DNA of 64,000 nt from an uncultured Trueperaceae bacterium (lineage in GTDB: Bacteria; Deinococcota; Deinococci; Deinococcales; Trueperaceae): contig CAWFFU010000003.1 of the NCBI GenBank assembly GCA_963815215.1, forward strand, positions 608,001-672,000, given 5' to 3'. Position 1 is the stretch's first letter. Each line of letters begins with the position of its first letter. The notes under the pieces were generated by a model that ran no database searches, was not told the DNA's origin, and was given only the letters and a program-made list of their open reading frames with translations. Both the position numbers and the translations under genes were made by a program. This document shows positions 41,742-51,908 of this stretch, one piece after another.

Positions 41742-41878
41742 CGCGTACCACCTTACGCCGCCGCCCGGCCGACCGGGCGACCGGCGGGGCGCTGGCCACC
41801 GGGGACCGCCGAGCGAGGTCCGTGGCGTTCCGGCCGGCGCCGGCTTGGGTACAATGCGCCCATTCGAAAGGAACCATC

Positions 41879-43573
41879 ATGGCGGAAACGCTCACCCGGC
41901 TCAAGCTCAACCGACGTAGCGCGATCGTCACCGAAGGCGACCAGCGCGCACCCAATCGCGCCATGCTGCGCGCGGTCGGCTTCGACGACGACGACTTCGG
42001 CAAACCCATCGTGGCGATCGCCAACGGTCACAGCACCATCACGCCCTGCAACGCCGGTCTCGGCGAGCTGGCGACCGCCGCCGAACAGGCGGCCCGCGCC
42101 GGCGGCGGCATGCCCCAGACCTTCGGTACCATCACCATCTCCGACGGCATCTCGATGGGCACCGAGGGGATGAAGCTCAGCCTGGTGTCACGCGAGGTGA
42201 TCGCCGACAGCATCGAGACGGTGTGCCGCGGTCAGAGCATGGACGGCCTGCTGGCCGTAGGCGGCTGCGACAAGAACATGCCGGGGGCGATGATCGCCAT
42301 CGCGCGCCTCAACATCCCCAGTGTCTTCGTCTACGGCGGCACCATCAAGCCCGGGCGCCACGCCGGCGAAGACCTCACCATCGTCAGCGTGTTCGAGGCG
42401 GTCGGGCAATATTCGGCCGGCCGCATCCCGCTCGACACCTTCCGCGCCATCGAGCAGAACGCCTGCCCCGGTAACGGCTCGTGCGGCGGCATGTACACCG
42501 CCAACACCATGTCCTCGGCCATCGAAGCGATGGGCATGAGCCTACCCGCCTCCAGCACCATGGCCGCCGAGGACGACGAGAAGCGGCTCAGCGCCGCGGA
42601 CAGCGCTCGCGTGCTGCTGCGCCTGGTCCGGGACGAGGTGCTGCCGCGCGACATCATGACCAAGCACGCGTTCGAGAACGCCATCCGCGTGGTGATGGCG
42701 GTGGGCGGCAGCACCAACGCGGTGCTCCACCTGATAGCCATCGCCCACGCCGCCGACGTTCAGCTGGGCCTCGAGGACTTCGAGCGCATCCGCGCCGACA
42801 CGCCGGTGTTCTGCGATCTCAAGCCGTCGGGCCGCTACGTAGCCACCGACCTGCACCGGGTCGGCGGCATCCCGTTGGTGATGAAGATGCTGCTCGAAGC
42901 GGGGTTGCTCCACGGCGACTGCATGACCGTCACCGGCAAGACGGTGGCCGAGAACCTGCGGGACGTGCCGAGCACGCCGCCGACCGGTCAGGACGTGATC
43001 CACCCCATCGACCAACCGCTCTACCCGCACGGCCACCTGAACATCCTGCGCGGCAATCTTGCGCCCGAGGGGGCGGTGGCAAAGACGACGGGCCTCAAGG
43101 CGCGACGCATCCAGGGTCCGGCGCGCATCTTCGAGAGCGAGGAGGACTGCCTGGCGGCCATCCTCGGCGACCGCATCGCCGCGGGCGACGTGCTGGTCAT
43201 CCGCAACGAGGGGCCCCGCGGCGGGCCCGGGATGCGCGAGATGCTCTCCCCCACCAGCGCCATCATCGGCAAGGGCCTCGGCGACTCGGTGGGGCTGATC
43301 ACCGACGGCCGCTTCTCGGGCGGCACCTACGGGCTGGTCGTCGGCCACGTGGCGCCGGAGGCCGCTGTTGGCGGGCCCATCGGGCTGCTCCGCGAGGGCG
43401 ACACCGTGACCATCGACGCCGATCGGAACCTGCTCCAGGTGGAGCTGAGCGACGACGAGATCCAGCTTCGGCGCGACGCCTGGCAGCCGCCCGCGCCGCG
43501 CTACACCCGCGGTGTGCTGGCGAAGTACGCCCGCGAGGTTTCGAGCGCATCGAAGGGCGCGGTCACCGGCTGA
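41879..43573 (+). CDS. ilvD: Dihydroxy-acid dehydratase
   Basis: [53 protein letters not shown]. Confidence 0.98.
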   Translation: MAETLTRLKLNRRSAIVTEGDQRAPNRAMLRAVGFDDDDFGKPIVAIANGHSTITPCNAGLGELATAAEQAARAGGGMPQTFGTITISDGISMGTEGMKLSLVSREVIADSIETVCRGQSMDGLLAVGGCDKNMPGAMIAIARLNIPSVFVYGGTIKPGRHAGEDLTIVSVFEAVGQYSAGRIPLDTFRAIEQNACPGNGSCGGMYTANTMSSAIEAMGMSLPASSTMAAEDDEKRLSAADSARVLLRLVRDEVLPRDIMTKHAFENAIRVVMAVGGSTNAVLHLIAIAHAADVQLGLEDFERIRADTPVFCDLKPSGRYVATDLHRVGGIPLVMKMLLEAGLLHGDCMTVTGKTVAENLRDVPSTPPTGQDVIHPIDQPLYPHGHLNILRGNLAPEGAVAKTTGLKARRIQGPARIFESEEDCLAAILGDRIAAGDVLVIRNEGPRGGPGMREMLSPTSAIIGKGLGDSVGLITDGRFSGGTYGLVVGHVAPEAAVGGPIGLLREGDTVTIDADRNLLQVELSDDEIQLRRDAWQPPAPRYTRGVLAKYAREVSSASKGAVTG

Positions 43574-43601
43574 CCGCGGCGTGCGGGCGGCCCTCCAGCG
43601 A

Positions 43602-43637
43602 GCTTCCGGGCCCGAGCGTGCGCTCGGGCCCGGAAGC
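43602..43637. terminator. Long GC hairpin between convergent ilvD and tctA
   Basis: GCTTCCGGGCCCGAGCG-TG-CGCTCGGGCCCGGAAGC, perfect 17-bp inverted repeat. Confidence 0.6.
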
Positions 43638-43679
43638 GTTCGGCCGCGGTCGCGCGGCGACCTCGGTGAGGAGCGGCGG

Positions 43680-45197
43680 TCAGTCCGGCGAGCCGTCGTC
43701 ATCGTCGACGACGACCTGGGGCCGGCGCAGGAACAGGATCGGCAGGATCAGGCCGAGGACGGCCACCCCCCACAGGATGATGGAGAGCGGGCTGTCCCAG
43801 AGGCTCAACCAGTTGCCGTTGCCGAGGTTGAGGGCGCGGCGGAGGTTGACCTCCATGTCGTCGCCCAGCAGCAGGCCCAGGATGACCGGCACCAGCGGGA
43901 TGTCGAGTTTGCGTAGCAGCCAGCCCCCGACCCCGAAGCCGATCATCAGGAAGATGTCGAAGACGCTGTGGCTGATGGCGTACACACCCAGGAAGCCGAC
44001 CATCGTCACGACCGGCATGAGGATCCAGCCGGGGACGCTCAGCAGCCGTACGAAGATGCCCACCAGCGGCAGGTTGAGGACCAGCAGCACGATGTTGCCG
44101 AGGTAGAGCGAGGCGATGAGGCCCCACACCACGTCGGGGTGCTGGGTGAACAGCAGCGGCCCGGGGGTGATGTTGAGCGAGATCAGCATCGCAAGGAGCA
44201 CCGCGGTGGTGCCGCTGCCGGGCACGCCGAGCGTCAGCATGGGGACCAGGGCACCGCCGGCGGCGGCGTTGTTGCCGGCCTCCGGCGCCGCCACGCCGCG
44301 GGGGTCGCCCGTTCCGAACGTCCCCTTGCGGTCCACCAGGCGCTTCTCGAAGGTGTAGGCGACGAACGACCCGAGCGAGGCTCCGGCGCCGGGCAGCACG
44401 CCCGCGACGAAGCCGATGACGCTGGCGCGCACCATCGTCACCAGCGTCCCCAGGATGTCGCGGATGCGCGCGCCCACACGACCGACCTTGTAACGCACGG
44501 TCTCGCCGGCGTGCGTGGTCTCCACGAACACCAGCGCCTCGCTGATGGCGAACAGGCCGACGATGGCGACGATGAAGTCGATGCCCTCGAAGAACTTCAT
44601 CTGCCCGAAGGTGAACCTCGGCACCGAGCTGCCCGGGTCGAGGCCGACGGTGGCCAGCATCAGCCCGAGCACGGCGCCGATGAGCGTCTTGACCGGGTTC
44701 TTCCCGGTCAGGCTGCTGAGCGTGGAGAAGGCCATGACGTAGAGCGCGAAGTACTCGGCGGGTCCGAAGCGGATGGCGAGCTTGGCCAGCACCGGCGCGA
44801 ACAGCATCAACCCGATGGTCGCCAGGGTGCTGCCCACGAACGACGCGACGGCCGAGATGGCGAGTGCGGAGCCGCCGCGCCCCTGCTTGGTCATCGGATA
44901 GCCGTCGAGCGTGGTCATCACGGCCGGTTCGTCGCCGGGGATGTTGAGCAAGATGCTGGAGATGCGCCCGCCGTACATCGCGCCGTAGTAGACGCTGGCC
45001 AGGAAGATCATGGCCGAGGTGGCGGGCAGCCCGAGCGTGAAGCTGACGGGGATCAGGATCGCCACGCCGTTGGCCGGGCCCAGGCCCGGCAATGCACCGA
45101 CGATGGTCCCGGCGAAGGCCCCGACCAGCGCCAGCAGCAGGTTGAGTGGCTGGAACGCGACGGCGAAGCCCTGTCCGAGGAGATGGAGGGTCTCCAC
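43680..45197 (-). CDS. tctA: Tripartite tricarboxylate transporter large permease
   Basis: GALPGLGP, YGGRISSILLNIPG, APEAGNNA, LGVPGSGTTA. Confidence 0.95.
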   Translation of the reverse strand: METLHLLGQGFAVAFQPLNLLLALVGAFAGTIVGALPGLGPANGVAILIPVSFTLGLPATSAMIFLASVYYGAMYGGRISSILLNIPGDEPAVMTTLDGYPMTKQGRGGSALAISAVASFVGSTLATIGLMLFAPVLAKLAIRFGPAEYFALYVMAFSTLSSLTGKNPVKTLIGAVLGLMLATVGLDPGSSVPRFTFGQMKFFEGIDFIVAIVGLFAISEALVFVETTHAGETVRYKVGRVGARIRDILGTLVTMVRASVIGFVAGVLPGAGASLGSFVAYTFEKRLVDRKGTFGTGDPRGVAAPEAGNNAAAGGALVPMLTLGVPGSGTTAVLLAMLISLNITPGPLLFTQHPDVVWGLIASLYLGNIVLLVLNLPLVGIFVRLLSVPGWILMPVVTMVGFLGVYAISHSVFDIFLMIGFGVGGWLLRKLDIPLVPVILGLLLGDDMEVNLRRALNLGNGNWLSLWDSPLSIILWGVAVLGLILPILFLRRPQVVVDDDDGSPD

Positions 45198-45198
45198 G

Positions 45199-45633
45199 CT
45201 AGCCCCCGAACAGCGCGCCCGTGGGCAACGGCAGGCCCAGCAGGGTGTTGAACAGGATGTAGAGCGCGAAGCTGCTGACGACGCCGGTCACGCCCGCCTG
45301 CCACCAGCGGGCGCCGAGCAACGACGCCATGAACGTCATCACCAGGACGGTCGCCAGCACGAAGCCGAGCGGCTCGAGCAGCAGCGCGTAGACGATCAGG
45401 CCGCCGATCAGCACGGCCTGCCGGAACAGGACCACGGCCTTCGGCCAGACGGCTTCGGACGACGGCCGGATGAGCAGATAGAGGCTGAAGAGCCCCAGCA
45501 GGACGGCCAGCATGATCGGCCACGCCTGGGGGCCCAGGGGATCGGTGAGAAAATTGGTGGTGAAGCTGCGCGCGTGAAGCCCGAACGCGATGGCCAGGGC
45601 CAGCAGCAACCCCCCTGTGAAGCGATCGGTCAT
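45199..45633 (-). CDS. tctB: Tripartite tricarboxylate transporter small permease
   Basis: DPLGPQAWP, LGF, LPLPTG; 4-5 TMs. Confidence 0.9.
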   Translation of the reverse strand: MTDRFTGGLLLALAIAFGLHARSFTTNFLTDPLGPQAWPIMLAVLLGLFSLYLLIRPSSEAVWPKAVVLFRQAVLIGGLIVYALLLEPLGFVLATVLVMTFMASLLGARWWQAGVTGVVSSFALYILFNTLLGLPLPTGALFGG

Positions 45634-45736
45634 GGAACCAGTCCGTACCCGTTCCGGAGCGGGCGGAGCGGCTGCGCTCCTCGCCCCCTGGGATGGCGTG
45701 GGCGCGCCGGCAGCGCGCCCACGCGGGAGTGTTGGG

Positions 45737-46714
45737 CTACAGCAGCCCGATCTCCTTCGACAGATCGCGGAGATCCTGGATCTGCTTGTTCACGAAGTCG
45801 TTGAACGTGCTGCCGCCCATCCAGAACGGGGCCAGGCCGTTGTTCGTCATGGCCGCCTTCCACTCGTCGCTCTGGTAGAGAGCCTTGAGCGTGTCACCCC
45901 AGTAGGTGAAGGCTTCATCCGAGGCCCCGGCAGGGATGTAGAAGCCGCGCCAGTTGGCGCCGACCACGTCGTAGCCCTGTTCCTTGGCGGTCGGGATGTT
46001 CCCCAGATCGCCGGGGAGGCGTTGATCGGAGAGCACGGCGAGCACGCGCACGGCGCCGGCATCGAGCTGGCCCTTCACCTCGGAGATGTCGCCCGTCGCG
46101 GCCTGCAGGTGGTGACCCAGGACCTGCGTCAAGGCGTCCCCGCCGTTGTTGAACGAGATGTACTTGACGCGCTTCACGTCCGTCATGCCGGCGGCCTTCA
46201 TCAGCAGCAGGACCTTCAGGTGATCCCAGCCGCCGACCGCGCTGCCGCCGCCGAACGCGACCTTGGTGGGATCGGCCTTGACGGCATCGACGAGGTCCTG
46301 CAGGGTCTTGAAGGGCGAGTCCGCCGCAACGGTGATCACGCCGAAGTCGGCGCCGAGCGCCGCCACCCAGCGCACCTGGCCCTCGGTGAGGCCGGCGTAC
46401 TGGTTCTGCGCCAGGCGGGTGGTGGTGGCTGTGCTGGCGGCGACCAGCAAGTCCGAGTCCTTGTTGCGCTTGCTCACCACGTAGCCGTAGGCCACCCCGC
46501 CGCCGCCGCCGGCCATGTTCGTCACCTTCACCGGCTGCGGGACGTCCTTGAGGTCGTACAGGATCTTGCCGACCGAGCGGCAGGTGAAGTCCCAGCCGCC
46601 GCCGGGGTCGGACGGGGCGATGCACTCGACGTTGCTCGGCGAGAACGCGAACGCGCTCCCGAGCAGGCCCAGAAGCAGGGTGGCCAGCAGAGGTGCCAGT
46701 CGACGTACCTTCAT
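45737..46714 (-). CDS. tctC: Tripartite tricarboxylate transporter substrate-binding protein
   Basis: Signal peptide, PGGGWD, NMAGGGG, PTAKEQG, NWRG. Confidence 0.93.
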   Translation of the reverse strand: MKVRRLAPLLATLLLGLLGSAFAFSPSNVECIAPSDPGGGWDFTCRSVGKILYDLKDVPQPVKVTNMAGGGGGVAYGYVVSKRNKDSDLLVAASTATTTRLAQNQYAGLTEGQVRWVAALGADFGVITVAADSPFKTLQDLVDAVKADPTKVAFGGGSAVGGWDHLKVLLLMKAAGMTDVKRVKYISFNNGGDALTQVLGHHLQAATGDISEVKGQLDAGAVRVLAVLSDQRLPGDLGNIPTAKEQGYDVVGANWRGFYIPAGASDEAFTYWGDTLKALYQSDEWKAAMTNNGLAPFWMGGSTFNDFVNKQIQDLRDLSKEIGLL

Positions 46715-47430
46715 AGTCTCCTCCTAGTCGATCGAACGGAGTTGGGGCTCCGTGTCGGATCCTCGTTCGAAGCGCCGTCCCGGTCGAGCCAGGCCAGCAT
46801 GGCCGCCTCCGCGGCCGCCATGTGCGACGTCAACGCGGCCTCGACGGCCGCTGCGTCGCGCTCCAGCAGGGCATGCAGCACCGCCGCGTGCTCGTGCCAC
46901 GCTTCGCGGGCGCGGCCGCAACGCTGGGTGGAGAGCGCACGCGCGAGGCGCAGCTGGTCGCAGACGCGACCCGCGGCGCGGGACATCTCACCGTTGCCGG
47001 CCAGTGCGGTGAGCGCTCGGTGGAAGTCCTGGTCGGGCGGGTATCCCTCGCCTCGCGCGGTGGCGTCGTCGGCCGCGCCGAGCAGGACCTGAAGCCCCTC
47101 GAGCTCAGCGCCTGAAGCCCGGGCCACGGCAAGGCTCGCCGCGGCGACCTCCAACACCCGCCTCAACTCCATCAGTTCCCGGACCTGGGTGCGGTCGTAG
47201 CAGCGAACGAAGGTGCCGCGGCGCGGACGTCGCACCACCAGTCCCTCCTGGACCAGCCGCTCGAGCGCTTCCCGTACGGGACCCCGGCTCACGTTCAGGC
47301 GTTGCGCCAGGCCCGCCTCGCTGAGACGGCTCCCCGACGGATACGAACCCGCGAGCAACGAAGCCCGTAGCCAGCGGTAGACCTGTTCGGTGATGCTGGG
47401 ACCTGTGGTGACGCCCGATAGCGCGTCCAT
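46711..47430 (-). CDS. GntR-family (FCD) transcriptional regulator
   Basis: LSEAGLAQRLNVSRGPVREAL, DQDFH, EHAAV...HM; ATGA overlap with tctC. Confidence 0.9.
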   Translation of the reverse strand: MDALSGVTTGPSITEQVYRWLRASLLAGSYPSGSRLSEAGLAQRLNVSRGPVREALERLVQEGLVVRRPRRGTFVRCYDRTQVRELMELRRVLEVAAASLAVARASGAELEGLQVLLGAADDATARGEGYPPDQDFHRALTALAGNGEMSRAAGRVCDQLRLARALSTQRCGRAREAWHEHAAVLHALLERDAAAVEAALTSHMAAAEAAMLAWLDRDGASNEDPTRSPNSVRSTRRRL

Positions 47431-47453
47431 CTGTCGCTCGCCGCCCCTCCGCG

Positions 47454-47497
47454 GTGTCAACTGCCGACCGTGTCAACTGCCGACTGTCGACACTTTA
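47454..47497 (-). promoter_or_regulatory. Repeated operator-like array and candidate -10 of the gntR-tctCBA operon
   Basis: GTGTCAACTGCCGAC twice (47454, 47470), TGTCGACA palindrome (47485-47492), minus-strand TAAAGT (47497-47492). Confidence 0.6.
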
Positions 47498-47619
47498 GCG
47501 GAGGATGAGTATGGCGTGAGTTCGATGAGAGTCCCTGAGTACACTGGTCGCGCCGGGTTGCGTTCCCCGGCGCGATGTGGTTCGGGCGGGTCTCGGGGCG
47601 TGCAGGTCTCGGGGCGTGC

Positions 47620-48174
47620 TCAGGCGGCGGGAGCGCTCACCGGTGGGCGCTCGAGATCGGGCATCACGACATCGAACGTCGAGGGGTAGACCAGTCGCCC
47701 CCGCCAGCCTGGGTCGTAGCCGGCGAGCCGGCGTGCCATGAAGACGGCGTCGGGCAGGGGCTCGGGCGGCGTGATCCCGTAGCGCGAGGCGGGCACGAAC
47801 CCGAAGCGCGGGTAGTACCCAGGGTGCCCGACCAACACGATGAGCGGCTCGCCGGCATGATCGGCGCGGCCGATGCACTCATGCACCAGCGCGGTGCCGG
47901 CGCCCCGCTCCTGATAGCCAGGGAGCACCGCCAGCGGCGCCAGCGCCAGCACGGGACGGACGTGCGCGCCGTCGTCGAGCCGGGCGTAGCTGAGCAAGAC
48001 GTGACCGATGATCCGGTCGTCCATCTCCGCGACGATCGAGAAGTCGGGCCGGTACTGCGCGGACATACGGATGGCGTCGACCAGATCGGCCTCCGCCGCG
48101 GTGTCGAACGCGGCCAGGTGCACCGCACGGATGCCGGGCGCGTCGCCCTGCAGCTCGCCACGGATCTTCAGCAT
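47620..48174 (-). CDS. GNAT family N-acetyltransferase (YhbS-like)
   Basis: LAPLAVLPGYQERGAGTAL, VGHPGYYPRFGF. Confidence 0.9.
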   Translation of the reverse strand: MLKIRGELQGDAPGIRAVHLAAFDTAAEADLVDAIRMSAQYRPDFSIVAEMDDRIIGHVLLSYARLDDGAHVRPVLALAPLAVLPGYQERGAGTALVHECIGRADHAGEPLIVLVGHPGYYPRFGFVPASRYGITPPEPLPDAVFMARRLAGYDPGWRGRLVYPSTFDVVMPDLERPPVSAPAA

Positions 48175-48243
48175 GCCCCAAACTACCCACGAGAGCCATG
48201 AGTTCCATGGGGCATGGCCCTTCCTACGCGTACAATCGCGGAC

Positions 48244-49485
48244 ATGGCGCTCTTCCAGTCGTTCGCCCTGGTGCTCACGATCACCGCACTGTTCGGGTTC
48301 GTGAACGAACGCTGGATCAAGCTGCCGGTACCCATCGGGGTGACGCTGGTGGCGCTCGTCACCTCGCTGGGGCTGCTGGTGTTCCGCGACACCGCGCTCA
48401 CCCATTGGGCGCAGGGGTTCCTCGACTCGCTGAACTTCGGCACGCTGGTGCTGCAGGGGCTGCTGAGCTATCTGCTGTTCGCCGGCTCGCTACACGTCAA
48501 CCTGGAGGACCTGAGCCAACAGGGCTGGCCGATCCTGGTCCTGGCCACCGTAGGGGTCGTCATCTCGACGGCGGTGGTCGGGCTGCTGTCGTACCTGGGC
48601 GCCCACCTGCTGGGCTTCCCGCTGCCGCTGACCTGGGCGTTCGTGTTCGGGGCGCTGATCTCCCCGACCGATCCCATCGCGGTCCTCGGTATCCTGCGCC
48701 GGCTCAAGGTGCGGCGCGACGTCGAGACGCTGATCGTGGGTGAGAGCCTGTTCAACGACGGCGTCGGCGTAGTGGTGTTCCTGGCCGCCTTGAACATCGC
48801 CCTGGTGGCGGGCGGCGGACACGGAGAGTCGTCGGGCGCGCTGGCGCTGTTCGTGCGCGAGGCGCTGGGCGGCCTGGCCTTGGGATTCGTGCTCGGGGTC
48901 GTCACCTACCTGCTGCTGCGCGCGGTCGACCAGTACTCCGTCGAGGTGCTGCTGACGCTGGCACTGGTGTCCGGCGGCTACGCCCTCGCCGACGCCACGC
49001 ACATGTCGGGCCCGCTCGCCATGGTGGTGGCGGGGCTGTTCATCGGCAATCGGGGTCGCATGATGGCGATGAGCGACACGACCCGCGAGCACCTCGACAC
49101 CTTCTGGGAGCTGATCGACGAGATGCTCAACGCGATCCTGTTCGTTCTCATCGGCCTGGAGATCCTGGTGCTGGCCAAGGGATACCCGTGGCCGATGGCG
49201 CTGCTGACCATCCCACTGGTGCTGGTCGCGCGCATGGTGAGTGCCGGCGCGGCCATCACCACCCTGCGGGCATACCGTCACTTCCCCCCCTGGACCGTGC
49301 GCACCATGGTGTGGGGCGGGCTTCGCGGCGGCATCTCGGTCGCGCTCGCCCTGTCGCTGCCCCCGGGGCAGGTGCGCGACCTCATCGTGTCGATGACCTA
49401 CGCCGTGGTGGTGTTCTCCATCCTGGTGCAGGGGTTGACGGTGTCGCGCGTTGCGCGGCGCATCCCTTCCGACAGCGGGGGCTGA
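48244..49485 (+). CDS. CPA1 Na+/H+ antiporter (NhaP-like)
   Basis: ISPTDPIAV, GESLFNDG, WGGLRGGIS; TACAAT 7 nt before ATG. Confidence 0.93.
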   Translation: MALFQSFALVLTITALFGFVNERWIKLPVPIGVTLVALVTSLGLLVFRDTALTHWAQGFLDSLNFGTLVLQGLLSYLLFAGSLHVNLEDLSQQGWPILVLATVGVVISTAVVGLLSYLGAHLLGFPLPLTWAFVFGALISPTDPIAVLGILRRLKVRRDVETLIVGESLFNDGVGVVVFLAALNIALVAGGGHGESSGALALFVREALGGLALGFVLGVVTYLLLRAVDQYSVEVLLTLALVSGGYALADATHMSGPLAMVVAGLFIGNRGRMMAMSDTTREHLDTFWELIDEMLNAILFVLIGLEILVLAKGYPWPMALLTIPLVLVARMVSAGAAITTLRAYRHFPPWTVRTMVWGGLRGGISVALALSLPPGQVRDLIVSMTYAVVVFSILVQGLTVSRVARRIPSDSGG

Positions 49486-49577
49486 GCTCCCGCTCCCTCG
49501 GGCGACCCTTGACGGAGCCTCGGCGCGCGGACGTATGCTCGACCGAATTGCGGGCGCGCCCGCCCCGGAGGTATCGC

Positions 49578-50330
49578 ATGAGCAAGATTCGCATCACCGT
49601 CTGGAACGAGTACCTCCACGAGGTCGAGAACGATCTCGTGCGCGCCGTCTACCCCAACGGGATCCACAACGAGGTGGCGTCGGCGCTCGCCGAACACCTC
49701 GATGCCGACGTGCGCACCGCCACCCTGCGTCAGCCCGAACACGGTCTGAGCGCCGACGTGCTCGACAGCACCGACGTGCTCTTCTGGTGGGGTCACAAAG
49801 CCCACGCCGAGGTCTCGGACGAGGTGGTCGAGCGCGTGCACAAGGCGGTGCTCTCCGGGATGGGGCTGGTGGCCCTGCACTCGGCCCATGTCTCCAAGGT
49901 CTTCAAGCGGGTGCTGGGCACCAGCGGCTGGCTGCGTTGGCGCGAGGCCGACGAGAAGGAGCGGCTGTGGAACCTGCAGCCGTCGCATCCCATCATGGCG
50001 GGCGTCCCCGACTACTTCGAGCTCGAGCAGGAGGAGATGTACGGCGAGCGCTTCGATGTCCCGGATCCCGACGAACTGCTGATGCTCTCGTGGTTCCAGG
50101 GCGGCGAGGTGTTCCGCAGCCTGTGCACGTGGCGTCGCGGGCACGGTCGCGTGGTGTACTTCCGGCCCGGCCACGAGGCCTATCCGACCTACCGGCATCC
50201 GCACGTGCGCCGCATCCTCGCCAACACCGCCGCCTACGCGGCACGCCGGGTCACGGTCGACGTCAGCAAGCCGATCCAGGTCGACGCCCTCGAGCCGGTG
50301 CCCAACGCCGGCAAGGAACACATCGGCTGA
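49578..50330 (+). CDS. thuA: ThuA (trehalose utilisation) domain protein
   Basis: VWNE, YPNGIH, WWGHKAH, LHSAH, EEMYGERF, FRPGHE. Confidence 0.88.
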   Translation: MSKIRITVWNEYLHEVENDLVRAVYPNGIHNEVASALAEHLDADVRTATLRQPEHGLSADVLDSTDVLFWWGHKAHAEVSDEVVERVHKAVLSGMGLVALHSAHVSKVFKRVLGTSGWLRWREADEKERLWNLQPSHPIMAGVPDYFELEQEEMYGERFDVPDPDELLMLSWFQGGEVFRSLCTWRRGHGRVVYFRPGHEAYPTYRHPHVRRILANTAAYAARRVTVDVSKPIQVDALEPVPNAGKEHIG

Positions 50331-50358
50331 GGCCGCGCGCCGGCCCCAGGAGGACATC

Positions 50359-51408
50359 ATGCATCTCGTTGACACCGATCCCGTTCGCGTTGCCGTGCTC
50401 GGCACGGGCGCCATCTCGAGGCGGCACCGGGAGGGCTGGCTGGCCGCCGGCGCAACCATCGTGGCGCTGTGCGACGTCGATGAGGCCTCGCTCGAGCGTG
50501 CCGGCCGCGACTGGGGCGTCGAGCGTCGCTACCGGGACTTCCGTGCCATGTTCGACGACGGCGGCATCGATGTCGTCAGCATCGCTGCGCCCACGGCCGT
50601 GCACCACCCGGCCACGGTCGCCGCGGCGGAGAAGGGCATCCACGTCCTGGTGGAGAAGCCCATCGCCCTGTCACTGGACCTCGCCGACGCCATGATCGAC
50701 GCCTGCCGGCAGGCGGGCGTGCTGCTGCAGGTCAACCATCAGCTCCGCTCCGGCGGCCCGGCCCGGCGCGCCGGCGAGCTCCTCGCCGCAGGCGCCATCG
50801 GACGCGTGACCTACCTCCGGCTCCGCCAGGCACACGACTGGGCTGGGCTCGGCGTACGCCCCTCCTTCGCGACGCGGGCGTCCTCGGGGGGTGGCACGCT
50901 GCTCGACAACGGCTGCCACCTCATGGACCTCGCCCGCTTCTTCGGCGGACGCGTCGAGGAGGTCTACGCCCGGACCGCCCGCCTGCAGTACGACGTCGAA
51001 GTCGAGGACACCGCCGTGGTCTCGATGCGCTTCGAGGACGGCGCGCTCGGTACGGTGGAGACCGCTTGGACGGCCACCGGCTGGGAGGAGGGCTTCTGGA
51101 TCTACGGCACCGAGGGAGCCTTGGAGTGCACCAACCGGTTCGGCCCGCCCGTGTTGCGCCACAGCTACCGCGCCTCGCCGGGCACCACCTGGGGCGAGAC
51201 CGACGTCACGACCTACGATTTCGCGGGCGATGGGCCTCACGGTCGTCACATCGGTGCGTTCATGGCGGCCATACGGGGCGAGCGGGAGGTGGCGTGCAGC
51301 GGCGAGGACGGCCGCGAAGCGGTGCGGCTGGTGCTTCGGGCCTACGACAGCGCCGCGCTCGGGCGTCCCGTCGCGATAGCGGACGGCGTGCCGACCGCCA
51401 CTCCCTGA
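50359..51408 (+). CDS. Gfo/Idh/MocA family oxidoreductase
   Basis: GTGAIS, HVLVEKP, GGGTLLDNGCHLMD. Confidence 0.92.
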   Translation: MHLVDTDPVRVAVLGTGAISRRHREGWLAAGATIVALCDVDEASLERAGRDWGVERRYRDFRAMFDDGGIDVVSIAAPTAVHHPATVAAAEKGIHVLVEKPIALSLDLADAMIDACRQAGVLLQVNHQLRSGGPARRAGELLAAGAIGRVTYLRLRQAHDWAGLGVRPSFATRASSGGGTLLDNGCHLMDLARFFGGRVEEVYARTARLQYDVEVEDTAVVSMRFEDGALGTVETAWTATGWEEGFWIYGTEGALECTNRFGPPVLRHSYRASPGTTWGETDVTTYDFAGDGPHGRHIGAFMAAIRGEREVACSGEDGREAVRLVLRAYDSAALGRPVAIADGVPTATP

Positions 51409-51460
51409 GTCGGGCGAGCGGGGCCCCGAGGGCCGCCTCCCGGCGGCCGTAGACTGAGGC

Positions 51461-51847
51461 ATGACGTACGACGCCTTCCGCGATGCCGCCGCGGGCATGG
51501 TCGACGACATCCCCGCCGCCTTCCTGAAGGGCCTGCAAGGGGTGCACGTGTTCGAGGAGGCCCACGTCGAGGAGGACTACGACGACGTCTATCGCCTCGG
51601 CGAGTACCTCGACCCCGGCAGCGAGGACTTCCTCGGCGGACAGCCCGGGTTGGGACGCCACATCGCGGTCTACTACGGGTCCTTCGTCGCCGTCGCCGAG
51701 GGCGACCCCGACTTCGACTGGGAGGACGAGCTGTGGGAGACCATCACCCACGAGCTGCGCCACCACGTCGAGTCACTCGCCGGCGAAGACCTGCTGGTTC
51801 AGGACGATGTCGAGCGTCAGAAGGACTTCCCCAGGCGCGATCGCTGA
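51461..51847 (+). CDS. Zincin-like metallopeptidase family protein
   Basis: LGEY, IAVYYGSF, ETITHELRHH (HExxH). Confidence 0.8.
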   Translation: MTYDAFRDAAAGMVDDIPAAFLKGLQGVHVFEEAHVEEDYDDVYRLGEYLDPGSEDFLGGQPGLGRHIAVYYGSFVAVAEGDPDFDWEDELWETITHELRHHVESLAGEDLLVQDDVERQKDFPRRDR

Positions 51848-51908
51848 CGCCCGGACGGGCCCCCGCAGAGGCACGACAGCCCGCAGCGGCAACCACGCCG
51901 GCGGCGAC

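Noticed and set aside
41742..41878. Attenuator upstream of ilvD
   Set aside because: TACAAT (41850-41855) leaves only a short SD-containing leader; no uORF or terminator.
47454..47492. CRISPR-like repeat
   Set aside because: Only two 15-nt copies, no spacers and no cas genes.
49509..49539. TTGACG...TATGCT promoter before thuA
   Set aside because: The 19-nt spacer is atypical; plausible but not supported well enough to list.
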